A stretch of 64,000 bases of DNA from Eledone cirrhosa (taxonomy: Eukaryota): NCBI GenBank assembly GCA_964016885.1, contig OZ024761.1, positions 11,408,001 to 11,472,000 of the forward strand. Direction: 5' to 3'. Position 1 is the stretch's first letter. Each line of letters starts with the position of its first letter. Below the pieces are notes generated by a model. The model was not told where the DNA came from and searched no databases. It saw nothing but the letters and a program-made list of their open reading frames with translations. Positions 1 through 12,380 of the stretch are shown in pieces. The translations under genes and the position numbers were made by a program.

Positions 1-73
1 CATCAACTGGAGTGGTTTGTACTTTTAACTGTTGCTTTTATAATACTTAACTCTTCCTTCCTGGGGGCTCTTG

Positions 74-126
<53 letters not shown>

Positions 127-241
127 GCTGCTGCTGCTGTTACTACTACTACTACCACAACCACCACCACCACTACTACTACTACTACCATCAGTAGTAG
201 TAGTGGTGGTTGTGGTGGTAGTAGTAGTAGTAGTGGTGGTT

Positions 242-285
<44 letters not shown>

Positions 286-637
286 TGTGGTAGTGGTAGT
301 AGTAGTGATTATAGCAAACATGTCTAACCTTTTCTGGCAGAGAAAATGGATGTTAAATGGTGGTGATGATGATGATGATGATGATGATGGTAGTGGTGAT
401 AGTAATGGTGGTGGTGATGATGGTGTAGTGGTGATGATGGTGGTGTCAGTGGTGTTAATAGTAATGGTGGTGGTGGTGATGGTGGTGGTGGTGTGGTAGT
501 AGTGGTGATAGTAATGATGCTGATGGTGTTTGTGGTGTTTGTGGTGATAGTAATGGTGGTGGTGGTGATGATGTCTTTTAAATTCCCCAATTTATAACTT
601 CATTCTCTTCTCTTCTCCCTCTTTCATCCTCCTGTAG

Positions 638-759
638 ATGAGAGCAATGTCCTCGCAGCTGATTCCAACAGTCCCAAACAGACATTTGTCCCCTGTAAAG
701 TATGTGGGGATAGAGCTTCAGGCTACCATTATGGAGTAACATCGTGTGAAGGTTGCAAG
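638..759 (+). CDS. E78: Nuclear receptor E78 (NR1E)-like, first exon in window (first C4 zinc finger); upstream exon(s) outside window
   Basis: Polypyrimidine tract plus tag acceptor at 636-637, gtaag donor at 760. Translates [40 protein letters not shown], the E78-type [22 protein letters not shown] signature. Confidence 0.93.
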
Positions 760-806
760 GTAAGTCACTGAAAATAGACTGAAGTGATTTAACCCTTTAG
801 CATTTA

Positions 807-3800
807 AACTGGCTCTAACTGGCCAGAATTCTCTCACCTCTTTCTGTTTTAACTGGCCATATCTGGCCAGAATTCTCTCACCTCTTTCTGTTTTAACTGG
901 CCATATCTGGCCAGAATTCTCACACCTCTTTCTGTTTTAACCGGCCATATCTGGCCAGAATTGTCTCACCTCTTTCTGTTCAAACTGGCCATATCTGGCC
1001 AGAATTCTCTCACCTCTTTCTGTTCAAACTGGCCATAACTGGCCAGAATTCTCTCACCTCTTTCTGTTCCAACTGGCCATATCTGGCCAGAATTCTCTCA
1101 CCTCTTTCTGTTCAAACTGGCCATATCTGGCCAGAATTCTCTCACCTTTTTCTGTTTTAACCGGTCATATCTGGCCAGAATTCTCTCACCTCTTTCTGTT
1201 TTAACCGGCCATATCTGGCCAGAATTCTCTCACCTCTTTCTGTTTTAACCGGCCATATCTGGCCAGAATTCTCTCACCTCTTTCTGTTTTAACCGGTCAT
1301 ATCTGGCCAGAATTCTTTCACCTCTTTCAGTTTTAACCGGCGATATCTGGCCAGAATTCTCTCACCTCTTTCTGTTTTAACCGGTCATATCTGGCCAGAA
1401 TTCTCTCACCTCTTTCTGTTTAAACCAGTCATATCTGGTCAGAATTCTCTCACCTCTTTCTGTTTAAACCGGTCATATCTGGCCAGAATTCTCTCACCTC
1501 TTTCTGTTTAAACCGGTCATATCTGGCCAGAATTCTCTCACCTCTTTCTGTTTTAACCGGCGATATCTGGCCAGAATTCTCTCACCTCTTTCTGTTTTAA
1601 CCGGTCATATCTGGCCAGAATTCTCACACCTCTTTCTGTTTTAACCGGCCATATCTGGCCAGAATTCTCTCACCTCTTTCTGTTTTAACCGGTCATATCT
1701 GGCCAGAATTCTCTCACCTCTTTCTGTTTAAACCGGTCATATCTGGCCAGAATTCTCTCACCTCTTTCTGTTTAAACCGGTCATATCTGGCCAGAATTCT
1801 CTCACCTCTTTCTGTTTTAACCAGTCATATCTGGCCAGAATTCTCTCACCTCTTTCTGTTTAAACCGGTCATATCTGGCCAGAATTCTCTCACCTCTTTC
1901 TGTTTTAACCGGTCATATCTGGCCAGAATTCTCTCACCTCTTTCTGTTTTAACCAGCCATATTTGTCCAGAATTCTCTCACCTCTTTCTGTTTAAACCGG
2001 CCATATCTGGCCAGAATTCTCTCACCTCTTTCTGTTTTAACCGGTCATATCTGGCCAGAATTCTCTCACCTCTTTCTGTTTTAACCAGCCATATTTGTCC
2101 AGAATTCTCTCACCTCTTTCTGTTTAAACCGGCCATATCTGGCCAGAATTCTCTCACCTCTTTCTGTTTAAACCGGTCATATCTGGCCAGAATTCTCTCA
2201 CCTCTTTCTGTTTTAACCAGTCATATCTGGCCAGAATTCTCTCACCTCTTTCTGTTTAAACCGGTCATATCTGGCCAGAATTCTCTCACCTCTTTCTGTT
2301 TTAACCGGTCATATCTGGCCAGAATTCTCTCACCTCTTTCTATTTAAACCGGTCATATCTGGCCAGAATTCTCTCACCTCTTTCTGTTTTAACCGGCCAT
2401 ATCTGTCCAGAATTCTCTCACCTCTTTCTGTTTTAACCGGCCATATCTGGCCAGAATTCTCTCACCTCTTTCTGTTTTAACCGGCCATATCTGGCCAGAA
2501 TTCTCTCACCTCTTTCTGTTTAAACCGGTCATATCTGGCCAGAATTCTCTCACCTCTTTCTGTTTTAACCGGTCATATCTGGCCAGAATTCTCTCACCTC
2601 TTTCTGTTTAAACCGGTCATATTTGGCCAGAATTCTCTCACCTCTTTCTGTTTTAACCGGCGATATCTGTCCAGAATTCTCTCACCTCTTTCTGTTTTAA
2701 CCAGCCATATCTGGCCAGAATTCTCTCACCTCTTTCTGTTTTAACCGGTCATATCTGGCCAGAATTCTCACACCTCTTTCTGTTTTAACTGGCCATATCT
2801 GGCCAGAATTCTCTCACCTCTTTCTGTTTTAACCGGCCATATCTGGCCAGAATTCTCTCACCTCTTTCTGTTTTAACCGACCATATCTGGCCAGAATTCT
2901 CTCACCTCTTTCTGTTTTAACCGGTCATATCTGTCCAGAATTCTCTCACCTCTTTCTGTTTTAACCGGTCATATCTGGCCAGAATTCTCTCACCTCTTTC
3001 TGTTTAAACCGGTCATATCTGGCCAGAATTCTCTCACCTCTTTCTGTTTTAACCAGCCATATTTGGCCAGAATTCTCACATCTCTTTCTGTTTTAACCGG
3101 CCATATCTGGCCAGAATTCTCACACCTCTTTCTGTTCAAACTGGCCATATCTGGCCAGAATTCTCTCACCTCTTTCTGTTTTAACCGGCCATATCTGTCC
3201 AGAATTCTCTCACCTCTTTCTGTTTTAACCGGCCATATCTGGCCAGAATTCTCTCACCTCTTTCTGTTTTAACCGGCCATATCTGGCCAGAATTCTCTCA
3301 CCTCTTTCTGTTTAAACCGGCCATATCTGTCCAGAATTCTCTCACCTCTTTCTGTTTTAACCAGCCATATTTGTCCAGAATTCTCTCACCTCTTTCTGTT
3401 TAAACCGGCCATATCTGGCCAGAATTCTCTCACCTCTTTCTGTTTTAACCGGTCATATCTGGCCAGAATTCTCTCACCTCTTTCTGTTCAAACTGGCCAG
3501 AATTCTCTCACCTCTTTCTATTTAAACCGGTCATATCTGGCCAGAATTCTCTCACCTCTTTCTGTTTAAACCGGTCATATCTGGCCAGAATTCTCTCACC
3601 TCTTTCTGTTTTAACCGGTCATATCTGGCCAGAATTCTCTCACCTCTTTCTGTTTAAACCGGTCATATCTGGCCAGAATTCTCTCACCTCTTTCTGTTTT
3701 AAGCGGCGATATCTGGCCAGAATTCTCTCACCTCTTTCTGTTTTAACCGGTCATATCTGGCCAGAATTCTCACACCTCTTTCTGTTTTAACCGGCCATAT

Positions 3801-6800
3801 CTGGCCAGAATTCTCTCACCTCTTTCTGTTTTAACCGGCCATATCTGGCCAGAATTCTCTCACCTCTTTCTGTTTTAACCGGCCATATCTGGCCAGAATT
3901 CTCTCACCTCTTTCTGTTTTAACCGGCCATATCCGGCCAGAATTCTCTCACCTCTTTCTGTTTTAACCGGTCATATCTGGCCAGAATTCTCTCACCTCTT
4001 TCTGTTTTAACTGGCCATATCTGGCCAGAATTCTCTCACCTCTTTCTGTTTTAACCGGCCATATCTGGCCAGAATTCTCTCACCTCTTTCTGTTTTAACC
4101 GGCCATATCTGGCCAGAATTCTCTCACCTCTTTCTGTTTTAACCGGTCATATCTGGCCAGAATTCTCTCACCTCTTTCTGTTTTAACCGGCCATATCTGG
4201 CCAGAATTCTCTCACCTCTTTCTGTTTTAACCAGCCATATCTGGCCAGAATTCTCACATCTCTTTCTGTTTTAACCGGCCATATCTGGCCAAAATTCTCA
4301 CACCTCTTTCTGTTCAAACTGGCCATATCTGGCCAGAATTCTCTCACCTCTTTCTGTTTTAACCGGCCATATCTGGCCAGAATTCTCTCACCTCTTTCTG
4401 TTTTAACCGGCCATATCTGTCCAGAATTCTCTCACCTCTTTCTGTTTTAACCAGCCATATTTGTCCAGAATTCTCTCACCTCTTTCTGTTTAAACCGGCC
4501 ATATCTGGCCAGAATTCTCTCACCTCTTTCTGTTTTAACCGGTCATATCTGGCCAGAATTCTCTCACCTCTTTCTGTTCAAACTGGCCAGAATTCTCTCA
4601 CCTCTTTCTATTTAAACCGGTCATATCTGGCCAGAATTCTCTCACCTCTTTCTGTTTAAACCGCTCATATCTGGCCAGAATTCTCTCACCTCTTTCTGTT
4701 TTAACCGGCCATATCTGTCCAGAATTCTCTCACCTCTTTCTGTTTTAACCGGCCATATCTGGCCAGAATTCTCTCACCTCTTTCTGTTTTAACCGGTCAT
4801 ATCTGGCCAGAATTCTCTCACCTCTTTCTGTTTAAACCGGTCATATCTGGCCAGAATTCTCTCACCTCTTTCTGTTTTAAGCGGCGATATCTGGCCAGAA
4901 TTCTCTCACCTCTTTCTGTTTTAACCGGTCATATCTGGCCAGAATTCTCACACCTCTTTCTGTTTTAACCGGCCATATCTGGCCAGAATTCTCTCACCTC
5001 TTTCTGTTTTAACCGGTCATATCTGGCCAGAATTCTCTCACCTCTTTCTGTTTAAACCGGTCATATCTGGCCAGAATTCTCTCACCTCTTTCTGTTTTAA
5101 CCGGTCATATCTGGCCAGAATTCTCTCACCTCTTTCTGTTTTAACCAGTCATATCTGGCCAGAATTCTCTCACCTCTTTCTGTTTTAACCGGCCATATCT
5201 GTCCAGAATTCTTTCACCTCTTTCTGTTTTAACCGGCCATATCTGGCCAGAATTCTCTCACCTCTTTCTGTTTAAACCGGTCATATCTGGCCAGAATTCT
5301 CTCACCTCTTTCTGTTTTAACCGGCGATATCTGTCCAGAATTGTCTCACCTCTTTCTGTTTTAACCGGCCATATCTGGCCAGAATTCTCTCACCTCTTTC
5401 TGTTTTAACCGGTCATATCTGGCCAGAATTCTCACACCTCTTTCTGTTTTAACCGGCGATATCTGTCCAGAATTGTCTCACCTCTTTCTGTTTTAACCGG
5501 CCATATCTGGCCAGAATTCTCTCACCTCTTTCTGTTTTAACCGGTCATATCTGGCCAGAATTCTCTCACCTCTTTCTGTTTTAACCGGCGATATCTGTCC
5601 AGAATTGTCTCACCTCTTTCTGTTTTAACCGGCCATATCTGGCCAGAATTCTCTCACCTCTTTCTGTTTTAACCGGTCATATCTGGCCAGAATTCTCACA
5701 CCTCTTTCTGTTTTAACCGGCCATATCTGGCCAGAATTGTCTCACCTCTTTCTGTTTTAACCGGCCATATCTGGCCAGAATTCTCTCACCTCATTCTGTT
5801 TTAACCGGTCATATCTGGCCAGAATTCTCTCACCTCTTTCTGTTTAAACCGGTCATATTTGGCCAGAATTCTCTCACCTCTTTCTGTTTTAACCGGCGAT
5901 ATCTGTCCAGAATTCTCTCACCTCTTTCTGTTTTAACCAGCCATATCTGGGCAGAATTCTCTCACCTCTTTCTGTTTTAACCGGTCATATCTGGCCAGAA
6001 TTCTCACACCTCTTTCTGTTTTAACCGGCCATATCTGTCCAGAATTCTCTCACCTCTTTCTGTTTTAACCGGCCATATCTGGCCAGAATTCTCTCACCTC
6101 TTTCTGTTTAAACCGGCCATATCTGTCCAGAATTCTCTCACCTCTTTCTGTTTTAACCAGCCCATATTTGTCCAGAATTCTCTCACCTCTTTCTGTTTAA
6201 ACCGGCCATATCTGGCCAGAATTCTCTCACCTCTTTCTGTTTTAACCGGTCATATCTGGCCAGAATTCTCTCACCTCTTTCTGTTCAAACTGGCCAGAAT
6301 TCTCTCACCTCTTTCTATTTAAACCGGTCATATCTGGCCAGAATTCTCTCACCTCTTTCTGTTTAAACCGGTCATATCTGGCCAGAATTCTCTCACCTCT
6401 TTCTGTTTTAACCGGCCATATCTGTCCCTGAATTCTCTCACCTCTTTCTGTTTTAACCGGCCATATTTGGCCAGAATTCTCTCACCTCTTTCTGTTTTAA
6501 CCGATCATATCTGGCCAGAATTCTCACACCTCTTTCTGTTTTAACCGGCCATATCTGGCCAGAATTCTCTCACCTCTTTCTGTTTTAACCGGTCATATCT
6601 GGCCAGAATTCTCTCACCTCTTTCTGTTTAAACCGGTCATATCTGGCCAGAATTCTCTCACCTCTTTCTGTTTTAAACCGGTCATATCTGGCCAGAATTC
6701 TCTCACCTCTTTCTGTTTTAACCCAGTCATATCTGGCCAGAATTCTCTCACCTCTTTCTATTTTAACCGGCCATATCTGGCCAGAATTCTCTCACCTCTT

Positions 6801-7944
6801 TCTGTTTAAACCGGTCATATCTGGCCAGAATTCTCTCACCTCTTTCTGTTTTAACCGGCGATATCTGTCCAGAATTGTCTCACCTCTTTCTGTTTTAACC
6901 GGCCATATCTGGCCAGAATTCTCTCACCTCTTTCTGTTTTAACCGGTCATATCTGGCCAGAATTCTCACACCTCTTTCTGTTTTAACCGGCCATATCTGG
7001 CCAGAATTGTCTCACCTCTTTCTGTTTAAACCGGTCATATCTGGCCAGAATTCTCTCACCTCTTTCTGTTTTAACCGGTCATATCTGGCCAGAATTCTCT
7101 CACCTCTTTCTGTTTAAACCGGTCATATTTGGCCAGAATTCTCTCACCTCTTTCTGTTTTAACCGGCCATATCTGGCCAGAATTCTCTCACCTCTTTCTG
7201 TTTTAACCGGTCATATCTGGCCAGAATTCTCTCACCTCTTTCTGTTTTAACCGGCCATATCTGGCCAGAATTCTCTCACCTCTTTCTGTTTTAACCCGTC
7301 ATATCTGGCCAGAATTCTCTCACCTCTTTCTGTTTTAACCGGTCATATCTGGCCAGAATTCTCTCACCTCTTTCTGTTTAAACCGGTCATATCTGGCCAG
7401 AATTCTCTCACCTCTTTCTGTTTTAACCAGCCATATCTGGCCAGAATTCTCACATCTCTTTCTCTTTTAACCGGCCATATCTGGCCAGAATTCTCACACC
7501 TCTTTCTGTTCAAACTGGCCACATCTGGCCAGAATTCTCTCACCTCTTTCTGTTTTAACCGGCCATATCTGGCCAGAATTCTCTCACCTCTTTCTGTTTT
7601 AACCGGCCATATCTGGCCAGAATTCTCTCACCTCTTTCTGTTTAAACCGGCCATATCTGTCCAGAATTCTCTCACCTCTTTCTGTTTTAACCAGCCATAT
7701 TTGTCCAGAATTCTCTCACTTCTTTCTGTTTAAACCGGCCATATCTGGCCAGAATTCTCTCACCTCTTTCTGTTTTAACCGGCGATATCTGGCCAGAATT
7801 CTCTCACCTCTTTCTGTTTTAACCAGCCATATTTGTCCAGAATTCTCTCACTTCTTTCTGTTTAAACCGGCCATATCTGGCCAGAATTCTCTCACCTCTT
7901 TCTGTTGAAACTGGCCAGAATTCCCTCACCTCTTTCTGTTTAAA
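807..7944 (+). repeat. 44-bp minisatellite, roughly 160 copies, fills E78 intron 1
   Basis: Unit ccatatctggccagaattctctcacctctttctgttttaaccgg. Begins directly after TTAA-CCCTTTAGCATTTAAA at 789. Confidence 0.97.
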
Positions 7945-8017
7945 TAGTGATGCCACCTGGTGTGTAGTAAAGAAAGATATGAACCCAGAAAATGAAACCT
8001 TCGTTGTATAATTACAG

Positions 8018-8159
8018 GGCTTCTTCCGACGCAGCATTCAGAAGCAGATTGAATACCGGTGCCTACGTGATGGAAAGTGTATGGTCATTCGACTTAACAG
8101 GAATCGCTGCCAGTATTGTCGCTTTAAGAAATGTTTGGCTGTCGGAATGTCCAGAGATT
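8018..8159 (+). CDS. E78: E78-like exon 2 (second zinc finger)
   Basis: cag/gtaag boundaries, phase compatible. [47 protein letters not shown] matches the E78 DBD ([17 protein letters not shown]). Confidence 0.95.
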
Positions 8160-8180
8160 GTAAGTATATTTATTGGTGCT

Positions 8181-8257
<77 letters not shown>

Positions 8258-8359
8258 CTGCAGAAGATGGTAGGTATAGAGCCTGTGAATGAGATGGTTT
8301 GGTCATGTGTTGAGGGAGGATGGAAATGACTGGGTGAGAGGAATATTATTATTATTATA

Positions 8360-8560
8360 AGGGGCAGTGGATTGGCAGTATCAGTAGAGGGTCAGACACC
8401 ATGCTTTGCAGCATAGAATTACGGCCCTTTACAGTCTGAGTTCAAATCCCGCCGAGGTTAACTTTGCCTTCCATCCTTACTGGATCGATAAAATAAAGTA
8501 CCAGTAATACACTGGGATAATTGCCGGCCTTGTGCCAAAAAGTAGAAACAATTATTATTA
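8360..8560 (+). mobile_element. tRNA-derived SINE family 1 (E78 intron 2)
   Basis: A-box-like ggcagtatcagtagag, B-box gagttcaaatccc, core gccttccatccttac..gataaaataaagtaccag, (att)n tail. Confidence 0.85.
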
Positions 8561-8597
8561 TTATATAAATATTGTGACTAATTTGTCTTTTTTGCAG

Positions 8598-8806
8598 CCG
8601 TGCGATATGGCAGGGTTCCAAAACGCAGCAAAAGTTTAGATGAGCAACGTATCGGCATAGCTGATTCAAGCCAAGACCCTACCTCATTGGAAAAAAAACA
8701 ATTGGAAATATACGATACCATATTGAGCGTGTCTCAAGCCCATTTAGCGAACTGTGCTTTGACTGAAGATAAATTGAAACTGCAACAACGCAAGTCTGCC
8801 TCTTTG
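8598..8806 (+). CDS. E78: E78-like exon 3 (C-terminal extension/hinge)
   Basis: tttgcag acceptor, gtgag donor. Translates SVRYGRVPKRSKSL...ILSVSQAHLANC. Confidence 0.93.
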
Positions 8807-9064
8807 GTGAGTACATATATAATATATATTTGCCCATTTCTCAGACATAAAATAGTGGGATCAACTTATATTTGTATCGGCTTAAATATTTGCATGTGTC
8901 TTAGTTTCAACTGAAGAATCTCAGATCAAGTCACTTGCCAGAATCTCAGATCAAGTCAACTGAAGAATCTCAGATCAAGTCAACTGAAGAATCTCAGATC
9001 AAGCCAGACAAATAAAACTCTCCATAAAACACCAACCAAACAAAATTACAATCAAATTATTTAA

Positions 9065-9586
9065 CCCTTTTGTTACCAACCCAGACAAAAACCAGTTCTG
9101 GTTCTATAAAATAAAACCATCCATTTTAAAGGTTTCCAATTTAATCTGTTGACTGCCACATATATTTTACACAGCTGCAGTTGCTGAGTCTTTTTTTTTT
9201 CAGTAAAATTACTATTTTGATTGACAAACGTCACATCAATAAACTAGTAACCCCATCTAGCTTTGAAGTTATGAACTGTTGGAAAGGAGTTCATAATTTT
9301 GAAGTTATGAACTCCTTTCCAACAGTTCATAACTTTGAAACTATGAACTGTTGGAAAGGAGTTCCTAACTTTGAAGTTATGAATTGTTGGAAAGGAGTTC
9401 AAAGATGTTAGGATGAGTTATCTCGTCTATGGCATCAAAATCTTCCAACATAATTTTATATAAGAACCTTACACTAAGTTACTATCTTAGTAATAAAATA
9501 ATTAATAATTTTAGTAAATCTCTCAAAATTCTTCATTAATTAATTGAAATAAAGTGTATTTCATTAGAAATGTGGTGATGAAAGGG
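9065..9586. mobile_element. Second piggyBac-like MITE in E78 intron 3
   Basis: TTAA-CCCTTTTGTTACCA ... TGGTGATGAAAGGG-TTAA, imperfect TIRs. Confidence 0.55.
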
Positions 9587-9618
9587 TTAATTGTTCCCCC
9601 TGTCTTTTGTGTCAACAG

Positions 9619-9760
9619 CTGGACTCTATTATGATATCAACATCACTGCAGTTGACAGAAGAAGAAGTGAAAACTCATAGACTTATGATGTGGGAAAATT
9701 TAGCTAATCTCATAACACCTTCCATACAAAGTATTGTGGAATTTGCGAAAAGACTTCCAG
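9619..9760 (+). CDS. E78: E78-like exon 4 (LBD helix 3)
   Basis: caacag acceptor, gtaag donor. MWENLANLITPSIQSIVEFAKRLPG is an LBD signature. Confidence 0.92.
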
Positions 9761-9997
9761 GTAAGCCAACCTCTGATGTTGTAATCTTCATTACTTCAGT
9801 TTATACCAGCCCCCACCTGACCACCATCACCACCACCACTACACACTAACCCCCCCCACACACACACACTACTCCCACCATCACTACCCCCAGCCCCACC
9901 CAGAACAATACCTTAACATCAGTATGAGTGGCCAGTTACAGCCAGTTTGAACAGAAAGAGGTGAGAGAATTCTGGCTGGATATGGCCGGGTTAAATC

Positions 9998-10492
9998 ACC
10001 AACCACCTTGCAGTGGGAGCTGTACCTGTTAGCCCTCTTTACCCCACCAACCACTTAACAGTGGGAGCTGTACCTATTAGCCCTCTTTACCCCACCAACC
10101 ACTTTACAGTGGTAGCTGTACCTGTTAGCCCTCTTTATCCCACCAACCACCTTCAGTCGGAGCTGTACCTGTTAGCCCTCTTTACCCCACCAACCACTTA
10201 ACAGTGGGAGCCGTACCTATTAGCCATCTTTACCCCACCAACCACTTTACAGTGGTAGCTGTACCTGTTAGCCCTCTTTACCCCACCAACCACCTTCAGT
10301 GGGAGCTGTACCTGTTAGCCCTTTTTACCCCACCAACCACTTTACAGTGGTAGCTGTACCTATTAGCCCTCTTTACCCCACCAACCACTTTACAGTGGTA
10401 GCTGTACCTATTAGCCCTCTTTACCCCACCAACCACCTTACAGTGTTAGCTGTACCTATTAGCCCTCTTTACCCCACCAACCACTTAACAGT
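9998..10492. repeat. 48-bp minisatellite (about 10 copies), E78 intron 4
   Basis: Unit caccaaccacttaacagtgggagctgtacctattagccctctttaccc. Confidence 0.93.
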
Positions 10493-10529
10493 GTTTATAT
10501 ATTCTTCCCTTTTGCTTCTTTTTCCCAAG

Positions 10530-10693
10530 GTTTTGCAGAACTTTCTCAGGATGATCAATTGATCTTGATAAAATCAGGCTTCTTTGAAATGTGGCTCTCC
10601 CGACAGGCCCGGACTTTTGACTCCCAAGATGACTGTCTTACCTTTGAAGATGGTAGTACAATTGTGAAGAAGGAGTTGGTGGCTGTGTATCAG
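10530..10693 (+). CDS. E78: E78-like exon 5 (LBD helices 4-5)
   Basis: Pyrimidine tract plus aag acceptor, gtag donor. Translates GFAELSQDDQLILIKSGFFEMWL...TFEDG. Confidence 0.92.
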
Positions 10694-11732
10694 GTAGATT
10701 GACTTCTCTCTTTTGTTGTTCTGGTTGTTGTTGTTGGTGTTGGTGATGGTGGTGTTGTTGTTGGTGTTGTTGGTGGTGTTGTTGGTGTTGTGGTGGTGTT
10801 GTTGGTGTTGTTGTTGTTGGTGTTGTCGTTGGTGGTGTTGTTGTTGGTGTTGTCATTGGTGGTGGTGGTGTTGTTGGTGGTGGTGGTGTTGTTGTTGGTG
10901 TTGTTGGTGTTGTTGGTGTTGGTGTTGGTGTTGTTGGTGTTGTTGTTGTTGGCATTGAGGTAACCCACACACAACAGATTGGAATATTTCATATATTGTA
11001 CTGTATATATCTCTCTGTATTTGATCATTGCACTCACCACCATCACAACCACCTCCCCCACCAACACCACCACCATACCCAACGCAATCAACACCCCCAT
11101 CATACCCAACAGCACTACTACTACACACAACCACCACTACACACCACCACCACAACCAACACCAACACCACCACCAACACCACCACCACTACACACCACC
11201 ACCACAACCAACACCACCAACACCAGCACCACCACCACAAATAACACCAACACCACAACCAACACCACGACCACTACACACCACCACCACAGCCAACACC
11301 ACCACCACCACTACACACCACTAAACATCACCACCACAAACACCACCACCCACCATCACCACCACAACCAACACCACCACCACTACACACCACCACCACC
11401 ACCACTACACATCACCACTACACACCACCACCCACCACCACCACCACTACACACCACCACTACACATCACCACCACAACCAACACCACCACCCACCACCA
11501 CCACCACAACCAACACCACCACCACTACACACCACCACCACTACACATCACCACTACACACCACCACCACAACCAACACCGCCACCACCACTACACACCA
11601 CTACACATCACCACCACAACCAACACCACCACCCACCACCACCACAACCACCACCACCACCACTACACACCACCACCACCACAATTAACAGAGTGGTGAT
11701 CTTGTTAAAAACCTTCCCCTTTCTCTCCTCAG

Positions 11733-11838
11733 ATGGACTTTGTCAACACAATGTTTGAGCTGACCTCTACCTTCAATATGCTCAACTTAAACGATACAGA
11801 AGTTGCTTTATTTGTTGGTATAGTGCTGGCAACTGCAG
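11733..11838 (+). CDS. E78: E78-like exon 6 (LBD helices 7-8)
   Basis: ctcag acceptor, gtcag donor. Translates MDFVNTMFELTSTFNMLNLNDTEVALFVGIVLATA. Confidence 0.9.
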
Positions 11839-11872
11839 GTCAGTCTTACTGCTTTTTACTGCATCATCATTG

Positions 11873-11906
<34 letters not shown>

Positions 11907-11909
<3 letters not shown>

Positions 11910-12314
11910 GTACAGCGAACCACGCCATAGATCAACTCCATCACTCACTTGGCAGTCCCTGTCACTAGAGATCGTGGCTGACCAAGGAAGAACTGTGTTC
12001 CACCAGAAGCTGGGTGTAGATGAGATCACTGCTGTCCTTCACACACAATGTCTCCGTTGGTAAGGACATGTACAGCGAACCACGCCATAGATCAACTCCA
12101 TCACTCACTTGGCAGTCCCTGTCACTAGAGATCGCGGCTGACCAAGGAAGACGTGGTTGGAGTGCGTGAAGAGTGATTTGTATAAATGGAACTTGGCCAA
12201 TGTCGATACTATGGACAGAAATTCATGGAGAGCAGCTGTGAGACATTGCCTGGTGTTGTCTACCTCGGAGTCAGGGACAACCACAGCAAAACTGAATATG
12301 GATGGGTGGATGGA
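11907..12314 (+). mobile_element. RTE-like LINE 3' fragment with about 85-bp internal duplication (11907-11991 = 12067-12151)
   Basis: GHVQR..RPRKTWLECVKSDL..MDRNSWRAAV-like translation, ggat-repeat tail. Confidence 0.55.
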
Positions 12315-12380
12315 CTATACATGCACCTTTGATGAGTTGTAGTGCACCTGAGCACTGTACACAATAATTTCATTATTATT

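Noticed and set aside
638-640. ATG at the exon start as E78 start codon
   Set aside because: Out of frame with the zinc-finger reading frame. The exon is a phase-1 internal exon.
807-7944. CRISPR-like array
   Set aside because: Head-to-tail 44-bp units with no unique spacers, in a eukaryotic intron with no cas genes. The same applies to the 72-, 105- and 48-bp arrays.
10979-11758. Pro/His/Thr-rich extensin-like ORF (also 18396-19097)
   Set aside because: CCA/ACC low-complexity sequence in an intron or downstream region, with no splice or domain support.
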